This document shows, one piece after another, positions 19,853 to 29,264 of a stretch of DNA of 64,000 bases. Origin of the DNA: an uncultured Poribacteria bacterium (lineage in GTDB: Bacteria; Poribacteria; WGA-4E; WGA-3G); NCBI GenBank assembly GCA_958296135.2, contig CATQHZ020000001.1, forward strand, positions 3,648,001-3,712,000, written 5' to 3'. A program made the translations under genes and the position numbers. Within the stretch, counting starts at the first letter, position 1. Each line of letters begins with the position of its first letter. The notes beneath the pieces were generated by a model. It was not told where the DNA came from. It was given only the letters and a program-made list of their open reading frames with translations, and made no database searches.

Positions 19853-22696
19853 ATGGAACGGCAACATCAGTTTTGGTGCATTGGGCTGTTGCTTTTACTG
19901 CTTGTCCCCGCGGGCGGGCGCGGGCAGACAGAAACAGAACAACTCGTAAAAATCACAGGGAGTGTTGTTGATAGTGCCACCGAGTTGCCGCTAGAAGGGG
20001 CGGCGATAAAGGTGGTGGATACCAACCTCCGAGTGCATACCGATGAGACGGGCGCGTTTTCGCTCAAACTGCCGAGCGGCACCTACACGCTGCAGATTAC
20101 CGCACCCTTTCACACGGCAGCAGCCCTCACCGATTTTGAGGTGAACGTTGGGGAACAGGTGGAACCAGTGCAGGTCGCGCTCGCACCGCAAATAGTGAAC
20201 CTGGATGCGATTCAACTGCCAGTTCGGCTGAGCCAGTCAAGTGAACGGGGGCTTATTGAAAAACGGATGCGGAGCTCACGTATTGAAGACAGCATCAGCA
20301 CGGAAGAGATTAGCCGCCTTCCCGCAGCCTCCGCAGGCGAGGCGATTAAACGGGTAACAGGTGTCAGCATCGTCGGTGGGCGGTACGTATTTGTGCGCGG
20401 ACTGGGCGAACGCTACAGTAACACGCTGCTCAACAACGTTGAGATTCCGAGCCCGGAACCGAATCGTCGGGTCGTCCCGATGGACATTTTTCCGGCGAGC
20501 CTCTTAGCAAGTTTGCAGACGGTGAAGACGTTCTCCCCAGACCAGCCGGGAGGCTTCGCAGGCGGGTCCGTGCAGGTATTTACTAAAGACTTCCCTGAAG
20601 AATTGACGATGTCTCTCTCCATGTCAACCGGGTTCAATACCCAATCGACAGGCGCAGACGGGTTGACATACCCGGGCGGCGATTTAGACTTTCTGGGGTT
20701 TGACGATAGCACGCGGCAGCTGCCTATTATCGTTCAAGAACGCGCTGCAGATTTGCCGATTCGGGAACGCGGGCGGTTCACATCGGCAGGGTTTACGCCG
20801 CAAGAGATTCAGGAATTCGGACAGGCGTTCTCGAACACCTGGTCTCCGCAACGCCAAGAGGTGCCGGCAAACCAGAGTTATAAATTCAGCCTTGGCAACA
20901 GTAGCACACTTCTGGGCAAGGAGTTCGGCTACCTCGGCGTGCTTTCCTACGGTAACAGCTATAGTTACGGCACGCAGGTGCGGAATGCGTTCCGCCTCGG
21001 GCTAAATGAGACGCTCTCACCTGTCACCTCCTACAATGTGGAGCGGAGCGGCAATGAAGTCAACTGGGGCAGTGTGCTGAATGCAAGTTTGCGTTTCTCA
21101 CCGCAACATCAACTCAATCTGCGCACCCTTTTCACCCACACGGCGGAAGACGAAACCCGCCTGTGGGAGGGCTTCAACGCCGATAGAAACACCGATATGC
21201 GGAGCGCGCGGCTTCGCTATGTCGAACGCGAACTCTTCTCTGGACAACTGGCCGGCACGCACGATTTTGAATTCGGCGGCCCGGGGATTTCTGATGCATC
21301 GCAGACAGACGATGTCGTGGCCCTGCCGAGGCCGGACCTTTCCATGGAGTGGCGGCTCACCTACTCGCGCGCCTCGCGCGATGAACCGGATACACGCGAG
21401 ACCATTTACGAAGACAGGGGCAACGGCAGGTTCACGTTCCGCGATGTCACGCATAGCGGCAGCCGCTTCTTCTTCGATTTGGAAGACGATGAATACAACG
21501 CGCGCGTCGATTGGCGCGCACCGATTGGGGCAGAGGGGCTCTTCAAATTTGGCGGGCTCTGGCGAAATCGGAACCGGACATTCGATGCCCGGCGGTTCAG
21601 GTTCCTGCCATCGGACAATGTGGATACCACCGTAGATCTCGCCTCGCCGCCGGAAGTCCTCTTCCAATTCGATAACATCGCGCCGCGCATCTTTGAGCTG
21701 CGCGAGTCTACGCGCGCAACCGACAATTACCTTGCAGCCCACGATATTTATTCAGGTTACCTCATGCTGGATACGCCTTTCACCCAGAAGTGGCAGTTGA
21801 TGACAGGCGTGCGGTTGGAGGCATCGGCACAGAAGGTTACCACCTATAATCCGTTTTCTGCCGCAGCGCAGCCGATTGTGGCGGATTTGGATACGCTGGA
21901 CTTGCTGCCGGGGCTAAACCTTACCTATCGGTTGACAGAGCGGATGAACTTGCGGGTTGCTGCGTCCCGCACGATAACGCGTCCGGATTTCCGCGAACTC
22001 GCGCCGTTTGAGTTTACCGATTTCGTGGGCGGGCGAACCATCCTCGGCAATCCGGAACTGGAGCGGACGCAGATAGACAACTACGATGTCCGCTGGGAGG
22101 CGTTCCCGCAACTCGGCGGCGTTGTCGCTGTGAGCGTCTTCTATAAGCGGTTCCAGAAGCCGATTGAACAAATTGTGCAGCCCCAGGCGGAAGTGCGCAT
22201 CACCTACGAAAACGCCGATGCGGCAAACAACTATGGCGTAGAGTTAGAGGTGCGTCAGAACTTAGGCGGGCTGACACCGGCACTGAGCAAGTTTTCTATT
22301 AACACCAATGCCGCACTGATTACATCGCGAGTCGTGTTGCCAGATATCGGCATTCAGACTTCTTCGGAGCGGCCGCTTCAGGGGCAGTGTCCCTATATTG
22401 TCAATCTCTCGTTGGGCTACGAGGATGACAATTGGGGACTCTCTAGTACAATTGCCTATAACATTTTTGGCAAGCGGCTATCGGAGGTGGGCAACCACGG
22501 CGTGCCGGATGTATATGAACAGCCGCGCGGGCAGTTGGATGCAAGTTTCAGCCGGACAGTTGCAAACTACTTCCGTATCAGTTTCTCGGCGAAGAACCTG
22601 CTCGATCCTTATGTGCATTTCAAACAAGGTGAGGAGATTTACGTGCGGTATAAAATTGGCAGGGCCTTCTCGTTCGGGATAAGCTATCAACTCTAA
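19853..22696 (+). CDS. TonB-dependent receptor with N-terminal carboxypeptidase-regulatory-like domain
   Basis: Signal peptide, ITGSVVDSATELPLEGA, plug VRGLGERY, RPDFRELAPF, GNPEL, terminal FGISYQL; GGGAG RBS before ATG 19853. Confidence 0.93.
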   Translation: MERQHQFWCIGLLLLLLVPAGGRGQTETEQLVKITGSVVDSATELPLEGAAIKVVDTNLRVHTDETGAFSLKLPSGTYTLQITAPFHTAAALTDFEVNVGEQVEPVQVALAPQIVNLDAIQLPVRLSQSSERGLIEKRMRSSRIEDSISTEEISRLPAASAGEAIKRVTGVSIVGGRYVFVRGLGERYSNTLLNNVEIPSPEPNRRVVPMDIFPASLLASLQTVKTFSPDQPGGFAGGSVQVFTKDFPEELTMSLSMSTGFNTQSTGADGLTYPGGDLDFLGFDDSTRQLPIIVQERAADLPIRERGRFTSAGFTPQEIQEFGQAFSNTWSPQRQEVPANQSYKFSLGNSSTLLGKEFGYLGVLSYGNSYSYGTQVRNAFRLGLNETLSPVTSYNVERSGNEVNWGSVLNASLRFSPQHQLNLRTLFTHTAEDETRLWEGFNADRNTDMRSARLRYVERELFSGQLAGTHDFEFGGPGISDASQTDDVVALPRPDLSMEWRLTYSRASRDEPDTRETIYEDRGNGRFTFRDVTHSGSRFFFDLEDDEYNARVDWRAPIGAEGLFKFGGLWRNRNRTFDARRFRFLPSDNVDTTVDLASPPEVLFQFDNIAPRIFELRESTRATDNYLAAHDIYSGYLMLDTPFTQKWQLMTGVRLEASAQKVTTYNPFSAAAQPIVADLDTLDLLPGLNLTYRLTERMNLRVAASRTITRPDFRELAPFEFTDFVGGRTILGNPELERTQIDNYDVRWEAFPQLGGVVAVSVFYKRFQKPIEQIVQPQAEVRITYENADAANNYGVELEVRQNLGGLTPALSKFSINTNAALITSRVVLPDIGIQTSSERPLQGQCPYIVNLSLGYEDDNWGLSSTIAYNIFGKRLSEVGNHGVPDVYEQPRGQLDASFSRTVANYFRISFSAKNLLDPYVHFKQGEEIYVRYKIGRAFSFGISYQL

Positions 22697-22843
22697 ACAG
22701 GAGATTTCGGCAGGAACAATTTAGCGCGGCAACTGAGGCATCAACACGTCAATGACAACTGTTCGCAGAGAGATGTTCATGCACAAGAACTGCTATCAAA
22801 CGCATTACAAATGACGAAAAAACGTCAAAAATAATTTATAACA

Positions 22844-22877
22844 TCGTAACTATTTTGTAACAATTTTGGGGTATCCT
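22844..22877 (+). promoter_or_regulatory. Second Pho-box-like repeat pair plus -10
   Basis: TCGTAAC (22844) and TTGTAAC (22855) 11 bp apart, then 10 nt to TATCCT (22872). Confidence 0.4.
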
Positions 22878-22921
22878 TAAACGTGAAGCGGCGGCGTTGA
22901 TGCTGCCAACTTATACAGACA

Positions 22922-22999
22922 TAGGATTTAGGCAATTTCACATTTCCCCTGGCTTGAAACCGAGCCTCTGGGAGAATGGCGGAATATGCGTAAATCCTA
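22922..22999. repeat. Short element with terminal inverted repeats (MITE-like)
   Basis: TAGGATTTAGGCA ... TGCGTAAATCCTA. A related end, TAGGACTTACGCA, occurs at 19662. Confidence 0.5.
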
Positions 23000-23067
23000 A
23001 CGAGAAAATAGACTAGCGGGGTTTGTCCCGACGGTTGTTAAAGCGAAAAAAGGAGTTTTGTAAAATC

Positions 23068-24405
23068 ATGTCAAAGATTAGGTTTAAACTGTTTCAGTCG
23101 ATGCTCATCGCCCTGGCCGGGTTCGCGACGGTTTTTGTCGGGTGCGGTGCAGATGACGACGTGACTACTGATGCGGCAACCGCTGAAACAGCGGAGGCAA
23201 CTGAGGAAATTATCACTGTTGGCGGCCGCACCGTAGTCGTGCTGACAGACAAGATAGCGGCGGATAGAACCCTCAGCGCGGACAAAGATTACCTGTTGCG
23301 CGGTGCGGTGTTTGTCGAGCCCGGTGCAACGTTAACGATTGAACCGGGTGTTAACATCTATGGGGAGGGCGCGAGTCAGGGAACGCTCATCATCGCGCGC
23401 GGTGGGAAGCTCATGGCCGAAGGCACCGCGAACGCGCCTATCGTCATGTCAAGCGATGCCCCAGATGGCTCGCATGCCCGTGGCCAGTGGGGCGGCCTGA
23501 TTATTAACGGCAATGCTCCTACCAACCAAGGTGAAACCTTCGGTGAAGGCGACACGGGTGCCTTCGGCGGCAACAATCCCGCCGATAGCAGCGGCATCCT
23601 ACGGTACGTCCGAGTTGAGTTCGCCGGCATCGAATTTAGTCCAGACAACGAACTCAACGGCATCGCGCTACAAGGTGTCGGCTCCGGCACTATCATCGAA
23701 CACGTGCAAGTGCACATGAACCAAGATGATGGCATTGAAATGTTCGGCGGCACCGTCAACCTCAAATACGCGCTCGTTACCGGCGCACGGGACGACTCGT
23801 TTGACTGGACAGACGGCTGGAACGGCAAGGGCCAATTCTGGGTCGCGCAGCAGTATGGCGACGACGCGGATAACGGCTTTGAAGCCGACAACAGCAGCAA
23901 AAACAACGAAGCCACACCGCGCTCCAACGCGACTATCTATAATGTGACACTTATCGGCGACCCGGGCGGTCCGGAAAGCGATACCGGGATGTTGATTCGT
24001 GAAGGGGCGGCAGGCACCTACGCCAATTTTATTGTCACCGGTTTCAACAAAATGGGGTTGGATCTCAACACCGCGGCCACGCATGCACAGGCGAAAAGCG
24101 GTGCCTTAGTCGTGAAAAACAGCATCTTCTTTGAAAACAAGAAGGGCAACTTCGGTGATGAGAAGGACGACGATGGGTTTGATGAAGCATCCTGGGCTGC
24201 CGGTAACGATAACGATGAGAAGGACCCGGGGCTGAGGGCACCCTTCAACAAAACTGCGCCAGACTTCACGCCCGGTGCCGGCGCAGCCGGGGTTGCGCCA
24301 GCGAAGCCGCCTGCTGATGGGTTCTTCCAGCAAGTGAACTTCATCGGCGGCGTAGATCCCGCCAGCAATTGGACAACGGGGTGGACGACGAGTGCGCAGT
24401 ATTAG
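23068..24405 (+). CDS. Beta-helix lipoprotein partnered with the TonB-dependent receptor
   Basis: Lipobox FVGC, WGGLIING, DSSGILRYVRVEFAG, DDGIEMFGGTVN, DDSFDWTDGW; AGGAG RBS. Confidence 0.85.
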   Translation: MSKIRFKLFQSMLIALAGFATVFVGCGADDDVTTDAATAETAEATEEIITVGGRTVVVLTDKIAADRTLSADKDYLLRGAVFVEPGATLTIEPGVNIYGEGASQGTLIIARGGKLMAEGTANAPIVMSSDAPDGSHARGQWGGLIINGNAPTNQGETFGEGDTGAFGGNNPADSSGILRYVRVEFAGIEFSPDNELNGIALQGVGSGTIIEHVQVHMNQDDGIEMFGGTVNLKYALVTGARDDSFDWTDGWNGKGQFWVAQQYGDDADNGFEADNSSKNNEATPRSNATIYNVTLIGDPGGPESDTGMLIREGAAGTYANFIVTGFNKMGLDLNTAATHAQAKSGALVVKNSIFFENKKGNFGDEKDDDGFDEASWAAGNDNDEKDPGLRAPFNKTAPDFTPGAGAAGVAPAKPPADGFFQQVNFIGGVDPASNWTTGWTTSAQY

Positions 24406-24940
24406 TCGGTTCTCGCTTGTAGGCGCGCTTTGGAAGCGTGCCGCGCATACATTCTACGCGCTCATCGCCTGTCTACTCTTTTGGAGTAGCCTCAACGGCT
24501 GTGAGCAACCCGCGTGGACAAACAGTCTCGACTCGCCAGGCCAACTCGGCCTGGCAGTCGTTGACGCTTTGAATCGGCAAGACATTGAACGGCTCAATCA
24601 GTTGCGGGTGCAGCGCGATGCGTATCTCGCGTGGCTGTGGCCTGCCTTCCCCGCGAGCCGCCCACCGAGCAACTTCCCCGAAAACTTCGCATGGGAGAAC
24701 CTGAATAAAAAATGCACCCTCGGCATGCAGCGGGCAATCGCACGTTACGGCGGACACAATCTGACGTTTGTGGACATCCGCTTTGATAAACCGACTGAGA
24801 CTTACGACGGGTTCCAGCTGCTGCGGGGAACCGTTTTGACGTTACGGACGGCCGAGGGAAACCAGAAGGTGGAACTGAAGATTCTCGGCTCGGTTGTGGT
24901 AAAGGATAAGCGTTACAAATTGTTGAGTTATCAGGATTAA
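24392..24940 (+). CDS. Hypothetical lipoprotein
   Basis: Hydrophobic stretch followed by LNGC; operonic position; start uncertain. Confidence 0.6.
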   Translation: MRSISRFSLVGALWKRAAHTFYALIACLLFWSSLNGCEQPAWTNSLDSPGQLGLAVVDALNRQDIERLNQLRVQRDAYLAWLWPAFPASRPPSNFPENFAWENLNKKCTLGMQRAIARYGGHNLTFVDIRFDKPTETYDGFQLLRGTVLTLRTAEGNQKVELKILGSVVVKDKRYKLLSYQD

Positions 24941-24970
24941 CATACCGTAGCGCGGGGGCCTGTCCCCCGC
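24941..24970. repeat. GTAG-type REP (CATACCGTAGCGCGGGGGCCTGTCCCCCGC)
   Basis: Identical copy at 25873-25902, further copy at 56388-56414, variants inside the oppC-like gene (60430-60508). Confidence 0.8.
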
Positions 24971-24996
24971 ACTCCCTTCTTGGAGGAAGAAACCTT

Positions 24997-25857
24997 ATGA
25001 ACTACACTCACTCTCACTACGCGGCGGTGAAGGAAAAAGGAAAACGCCGCCGGAAAATCGCAGCCGGTGTCTCCATTGGCTTGCACGCCATCGGGATAAT
25101 CGTCCTCGGTATCTATCTTATTCGGAAGGCAGTCCTAGAAATTAACACAGACGCGATGCAGAGCGTCTTCGTTACCGAGGAAAAACCGCAGCCGAAGCGT
25201 CGGACGCAGCGGCGTGAAATGCGGAAAGCACCGAAACCGAAGACGTTTAAGATTCGCGCGCCGAAGGGCCAGCCCGTAACGACGAGTGCGAAGATTCCGG
25301 TGGGCAATGCGCGCTTCACCTTACCGACAAGCGAGGGCTCCACGCGGCCTGTGATGGCACCGAACCCGGAAGGACTCGGCCGCTCCCTTTTTGGCGAATC
25401 ACGGCAGGCGAACATCATCACAACGATGCCGAAGTTTGAAGTGCCGAAGTTCGAGACGACAAGTTTGGCGATGCGGATGGATATGGGCACGAGTCTCGCA
25501 CAAATGGAATTCAACGAACCGGGCAATCTTGAACTGGCCGCAACCGATTTTGGCAGTTCCAAGCGTTCGTTTAACGAGTTCCTGAAACAGGTGCGTGAAC
25601 GCATCAAGCAGGTGCAGCGGTTTCCGCCGCGCGTCCGGCGTTTAGACGACGGCACCGCCACGACAGTGCGGTTTACGCTGTTTAAAGACGGCACCGTTCG
25701 GCATACGGAAATAACTGCTTCTTCGGGCTCGCGTGCGTTAGATAACGCCGCTCTCGCTGCTGTCCAGAATGCTGTGCCGTATCCGCCGTTTCCTGAAGAG
25801 CATCATGGGAGCAGTTTGCGGTTGGAGCTCCCAATTGTTTTTAAGTTAGTGAATTAA
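24997..25857 (+). CDS. TonB family energy transducer
   Basis: N-terminal TM with SIGLH, Pro/Lys-rich linker, C-terminal SSGSRALDNAALAAV...LPIVFKL. Confidence 0.85.
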   Translation: MNYTHSHYAAVKEKGKRRRKIAAGVSIGLHAIGIIVLGIYLIRKAVLEINTDAMQSVFVTEEKPQPKRRTQRREMRKAPKPKTFKIRAPKGQPVTTSAKIPVGNARFTLPTSEGSTRPVMAPNPEGLGRSLFGESRQANIITTMPKFEVPKFETTSLAMRMDMGTSLAQMEFNEPGNLELAATDFGSSKRSFNEFLKQVRERIKQVQRFPPRVRRLDDGTATTVRFTLFKDGTVRHTEITASSGSRALDNAALAAVQNAVPYPPFPEEHHGSSLRLELPIVFKLVN

Positions 25858-25940
25858 TCATAACCCCTCATTCATACCGTAGCGCGGGGGCCTGTCCCCC
25901 GCGATGTTGACACCAGAACACCAACCTACTCCGGGGAATC

Positions 25941-27263
25941 CTAGAAATCCTGCTTCACCTTCGCCTTCTCCTCATCTACGAATGCCAGCAAAACCAACCC
26001 GACGAGAAAGAAAACCATCAGCGAAATAATGGAGAGGCGCGCGCTGCCCGTGACTTGGGCGATAAACCCGAAGGTGAGCGGCCCGAAGGTAGCAGAAAAT
26101 TTGCTGAAGACAGAGTAGAATCCATAAAATTCCGCACTTGCCCCTTCGGGAATCATCGCGCCGTAGAAAGAGCGGCTGAGTGCCTGTGAACCACCGAGGA
26201 CGAGGCCGACAATGGCACCAAGCAGAAAGAATTCGGGCGCCGTTCGCGTAAAATAGCCGTAGGTGACAACACCGCTCCAGAGGAGCAGCGTGAGCATGAC
26301 AGTCCGTTTCGTGCCCATGAAAGCTGCGATGCGGCTGAACACGAGCGCGCCGCCTATCGCAATGATTTGGACAGCGAGGAGTGTCACCATCAGCACTGTC
26401 GTGGAAAGTCCGAGTTCTTGCGTGCCGTAAATCGTCGCCATCGTGCTGACGGTGTGGATGCCGTCGTTGTAAACAAGGTAGGCAATGAGAAAGAGGGTGA
26501 GGTGTTTAAACTGCCGCACCTTTTTGGCGGTTGCAATAGTTCGGCTGACACCAATCTTCAGATAGTCGGGCCATTGCAGCCGCGCGTCGCTAGGTTCATC
26601 TCTCGTTTCGCCGGCGCCGCGTCTTTCCGGGCGCGATTCCTTCACAAACTTGACGGTGAAGAGCGTCCAGCCTGCCCACCAGAGCCCTGCCATGCCGATG
26701 CCGATGCGCGCCGCCATCGCTTCACTAATCCCAATAACATCGTGCATCGCGACGAGCGCAAGCGCGATGGCAAATTGCAACCCCCCACCGACATATCCAA
26801 AGGCATATCCTCTGCTAGAGACAGCATCCAATCTTGCTGGCGAGGCAATCTGCGGTAAAAACGCATCGTAGAAGACGTTTGCGGCGACAAAGCAGACTTG
26901 TGAACCGATGAAGAGCAAAATGAGCAGCCAGACATTGCCGGCGGTGCAGAAATAGAGGAGTGTTGCGAAGAGGCTGCCGGTATACGCGAAACTCACCAAG
27001 AACTTTTTTTTCGCGGCAGAGAAATCAGCGATGGCACCAAGCACAGGTGCACAGAGGAAAACGATGAGCGCGGACGCGCCCAACATATAACCCCATAACG
27101 CTGTCGCACTGAACGTCTGCCCGGCGATTGTGACACCGGCATCGCCGACAACGGCTCTCGCGAAATAGTTCGGTAGCAGGGCGGCGACGATAGTGGTGCC
27201 GTACGCGGAATTCGCCCAGTCATACATGCACCAACCGAAGAGTGTTTTTTTATCGTTTTTCAT
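25941..27263 (-). CDS. MFS transporter (UMF1/Atg22-like)
   Basis: GWCMYDWANSAY, ANVFYDAFLP, QALSRSFY; the probable start MKNDKK is at 27263. Confidence 0.88.
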   Translation of the reverse strand: MKNDKKTLFGWCMYDWANSAYGTTIVAALLPNYFARAVVGDAGVTIAGQTFSATALWGYMLGASALIVFLCAPVLGAIADFSAAKKKFLVSFAYTGSLFATLLYFCTAGNVWLLILLFIGSQVCFVAANVFYDAFLPQIASPARLDAVSSRGYAFGYVGGGLQFAIALALVAMHDVIGISEAMAARIGIGMAGLWWAGWTLFTVKFVKESRPERRGAGETRDEPSDARLQWPDYLKIGVSRTIATAKKVRQFKHLTLFLIAYLVYNDGIHTVSTMATIYGTQELGLSTTVLMVTLLAVQIIAIGGALVFSRIAAFMGTKRTVMLTLLLWSGVVTYGYFTRTAPEFFLLGAIVGLVLGGSQALSRSFYGAMIPEGASAEFYGFYSVFSKFSATFGPLTFGFIAQVTGSARLSIISLMVFFLVGLVLLAFVDEEKAKVKQDF

Positions 27264-27409
27264 AACCGATTTTTCGCTGTGCGGAGAGGATTTCGCTTTA
27301 TTGTGGCATATTTCCTTTGGAAAGTCAAGCGCGTTTTTCAATATGCCTTGACATTTTTTCTCATTAAAGGTAAACTCTCTAACAGCAAGAAATCGGAGGA
27401 GGCTAACAA

Positions 27410-27823
27410 ATGGACACAAAAGCGCACGTTATCAATTTTGAGAAGCAGACACCCATCGACCGGGGAACTGGCGTGAAAACGGTGCCGCTCGCCGGCAAGT
27501 GGCTGGATGCCACTTCGTTAACCAACGGCGTAACGATGTTTGAGCCCGGTGCCGCGATTGCGCGTCACTATCACAACTGTGACGAATCTGTCACGATTCT
27601 GGAAGGCGAAGCCGCCTGCGAAGTGGATGGCGAAGTCTATACCATGAAAGCGTTTGACACAACGTTCGTGCCGGCGGGCATCCCGCATCGCTTTTGGAAT
27701 GAAAGCAACGCACCGATGAAAATCTTGTGGACATACGCGTCTGTCAATGTGACGCGAACGTTTACGAAAACGGGCGAGACCGTGGGGCACCTATCCGCGG
27801 GCGACCAGGCTGTCGTCACGTGA
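27410..27823 (+). CDS. Cupin domain protein
   Basis: HYHNCDE...LEG...VPAGIPHRF; GGAGG RBS; TTGACA-17-TAAACT promoter at 27348-27376. Confidence 0.9.
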   Translation: MDTKAHVINFEKQTPIDRGTGVKTVPLAGKWLDATSLTNGVTMFEPGAAIARHYHNCDESVTILEGEAACEVDGEVYTMKAFDTTFVPAGIPHRFWNESNAPMKILWTYASVNVTRTFTKTGETVGHLSAGDQAVVT

Positions 27824-27873
27824 GGGACGATTGAGGTTGCATTTGGGTTGCAAGGTGTGGTATCCTATCTATT

Positions 27874-28323
27874 ATGAATATCCGTTTGCATAACGGCATC
27901 GGCGAGCAAGCCGGGGCGAGTCTGCAACGTCTAACCGATGCGCGGGTTCTCTTCGCCGCGTCTCGGTGGCGTGGCGCGATGTATCTCGCCGGCTATGCCG
28001 TCGAATGCCTCTTGAAAACGAAGTTAATGCAGATTTATGACTGCCGCACCTTGCGCGAATTGGAATTGGAATTGGAACTGAAACGACGCTCCATCCTACC
28101 GGCGCACGGGACAGTCTTTACGCATCACTTGGAAGGGTTGCTAAGACTCGCCCCAGGCCATCATCGCCTGCTGAACAATAGTGAAATGTCCTATCTGTTT
28201 AACGATGTCAACCGATGGACACCCCATTGGCGTTATGACCCAAAGCAAGCAAGTCCTGAAGAGGCAACTCAGTTCATGACTCATGTTGATAGGGTGATGC
28301 ACTGGATAAACACAAATATTTAG
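27874..28323 (+). CDS. HEPN domain protein
   Basis: DARVL, AMYLAGYAVECLLK, THHLEGLL and W.PHWRY match the HEPN four-helix pattern. Confidence 0.75.
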   Translation: MNIRLHNGIGEQAGASLQRLTDARVLFAASRWRGAMYLAGYAVECLLKTKLMQIYDCRTLRELELELELKRRSILPAHGTVFTHHLEGLLRLAPGHHRLLNNSEMSYLFNDVNRWTPHWRYDPKQASPEEATQFMTHVDRVMHWINTNI

Positions 28324-28337
28324 AGGAGGAGTTCGCC

Positions 28338-28607
28338 GTGGCATGCAAAACAGCAAAACGCAAAATTTACGAAATGCTGAAAGGCGGGCGTTTCAACGAT
28401 GAAAAAGATTTCGTTGATGTGTCCGATGGGGGATTCGACGGTGAGACTATCCATATTGTCATCATCAGCCGAAAATTTAAGGGCTACACGATGAGCGACA
28501 GGGGGCGAATCATCTGGGAGGAGATGTGGAAACATCTAACTCAGAACGAGTGGCAGCACGTGTTCCTCTCTATTGGCATGCTCCCCGAAGAAGTCCGCAT
28601 CTTGTAA
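28338..28607 (+). CDS. Small BolA-like protein (paralog 1)
   Basis: HIVIISRKFKGYTMSDRGRIIW resembles the BolA IVS..F.G....R...V motif; GGAGGAG RBS. Confidence 0.6.
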   Translation: MACKTAKRKIYEMLKGGRFNDEKDFVDVSDGGFDGETIHIVIISRKFKGYTMSDRGRIIWEEMWKHLTQNEWQHVFLSIGMLPEEVRIL

Positions 28608-28620
28608 TGGAGGCATAGCG

Positions 28621-28896
28621 ATGGAGCGCACAGCACTGCGGGAGAAAATAGAGGAGACGCTCAAAGCCGGGGCCTTCGGCGGACCGGACTACTTCATCGA
28701 CGTGTTTGATGATGGAGACGCATACGTCCGCATCCTCATCATCAGTAGACAATTTGACATTGAGAACTATAATCTGGAGGAACGCGATGACCGGGTTTGG
28801 GAGAACCTCTCCAAAACGCTCACGCAAGAGGAACTCGGACGGATTTCCCGCATGGTAGTGATACACCCTGAGGAAATCAAGTGGTATACCTTATGA
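28621..28896 (+). CDS. Small BolA-like protein (paralog 2)
   Basis: ILIISRQFD...ERDDRVW...HPEEI; GGAGG RBS. Confidence 0.6.
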   Translation: MERTALREKIEETLKAGAFGGPDYFIDVFDDGDAYVRILIISRQFDIENYNLEERDDRVWENLSKTLTQEELGRISRMVVIHPEEIKWYTL

Positions 28897-28929
28897 AGCA
28901 AAACCACTTGGTTTGAGGAGAACTTATCC

Positions 28930-29225
28930 ATGGCATGCGAAAAGGTGAAACGAAAAATTTACCATCTGCTCAAAAACGGGTATTTCAACGATGAGAAAGA
29001 TTTCGTGGATGTATCCGATGGGGATTTGACGGTGAGACTATCCATATCGTCGTCGTCAGCCGAAAGTTCAAGGGCGGTATGACATCGGACGAAAGAGGCG
29101 ACATCATTGACGCTCAGATCTGGGGCCGCTTGCCCCTGGACGAATGGGGCAGCGTCTTCCTCACTATCGGCAGGCATCCCGAAGAAGTCCGCATCTTGTA
29201 TACGGACACGTCTATCGCCGGATGA
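28930..29225 (+). pseudogene. BolA-like paralog 3, frameshifted at a G4 run (G5 in paralog 1)
   Basis: MACEKVKRKIYHLLKNGYFNDEKDFVDVSD aligns with paralog 1. One added G near 29020 restores GFDGETIHIVVVSRKFKG...HPEEVRIL. Confidence 0.7.
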
Positions 29226-29264
29226 GGCGCGCGTTTTTAACGCGCCTCCCGGAACTTAAGGAAA

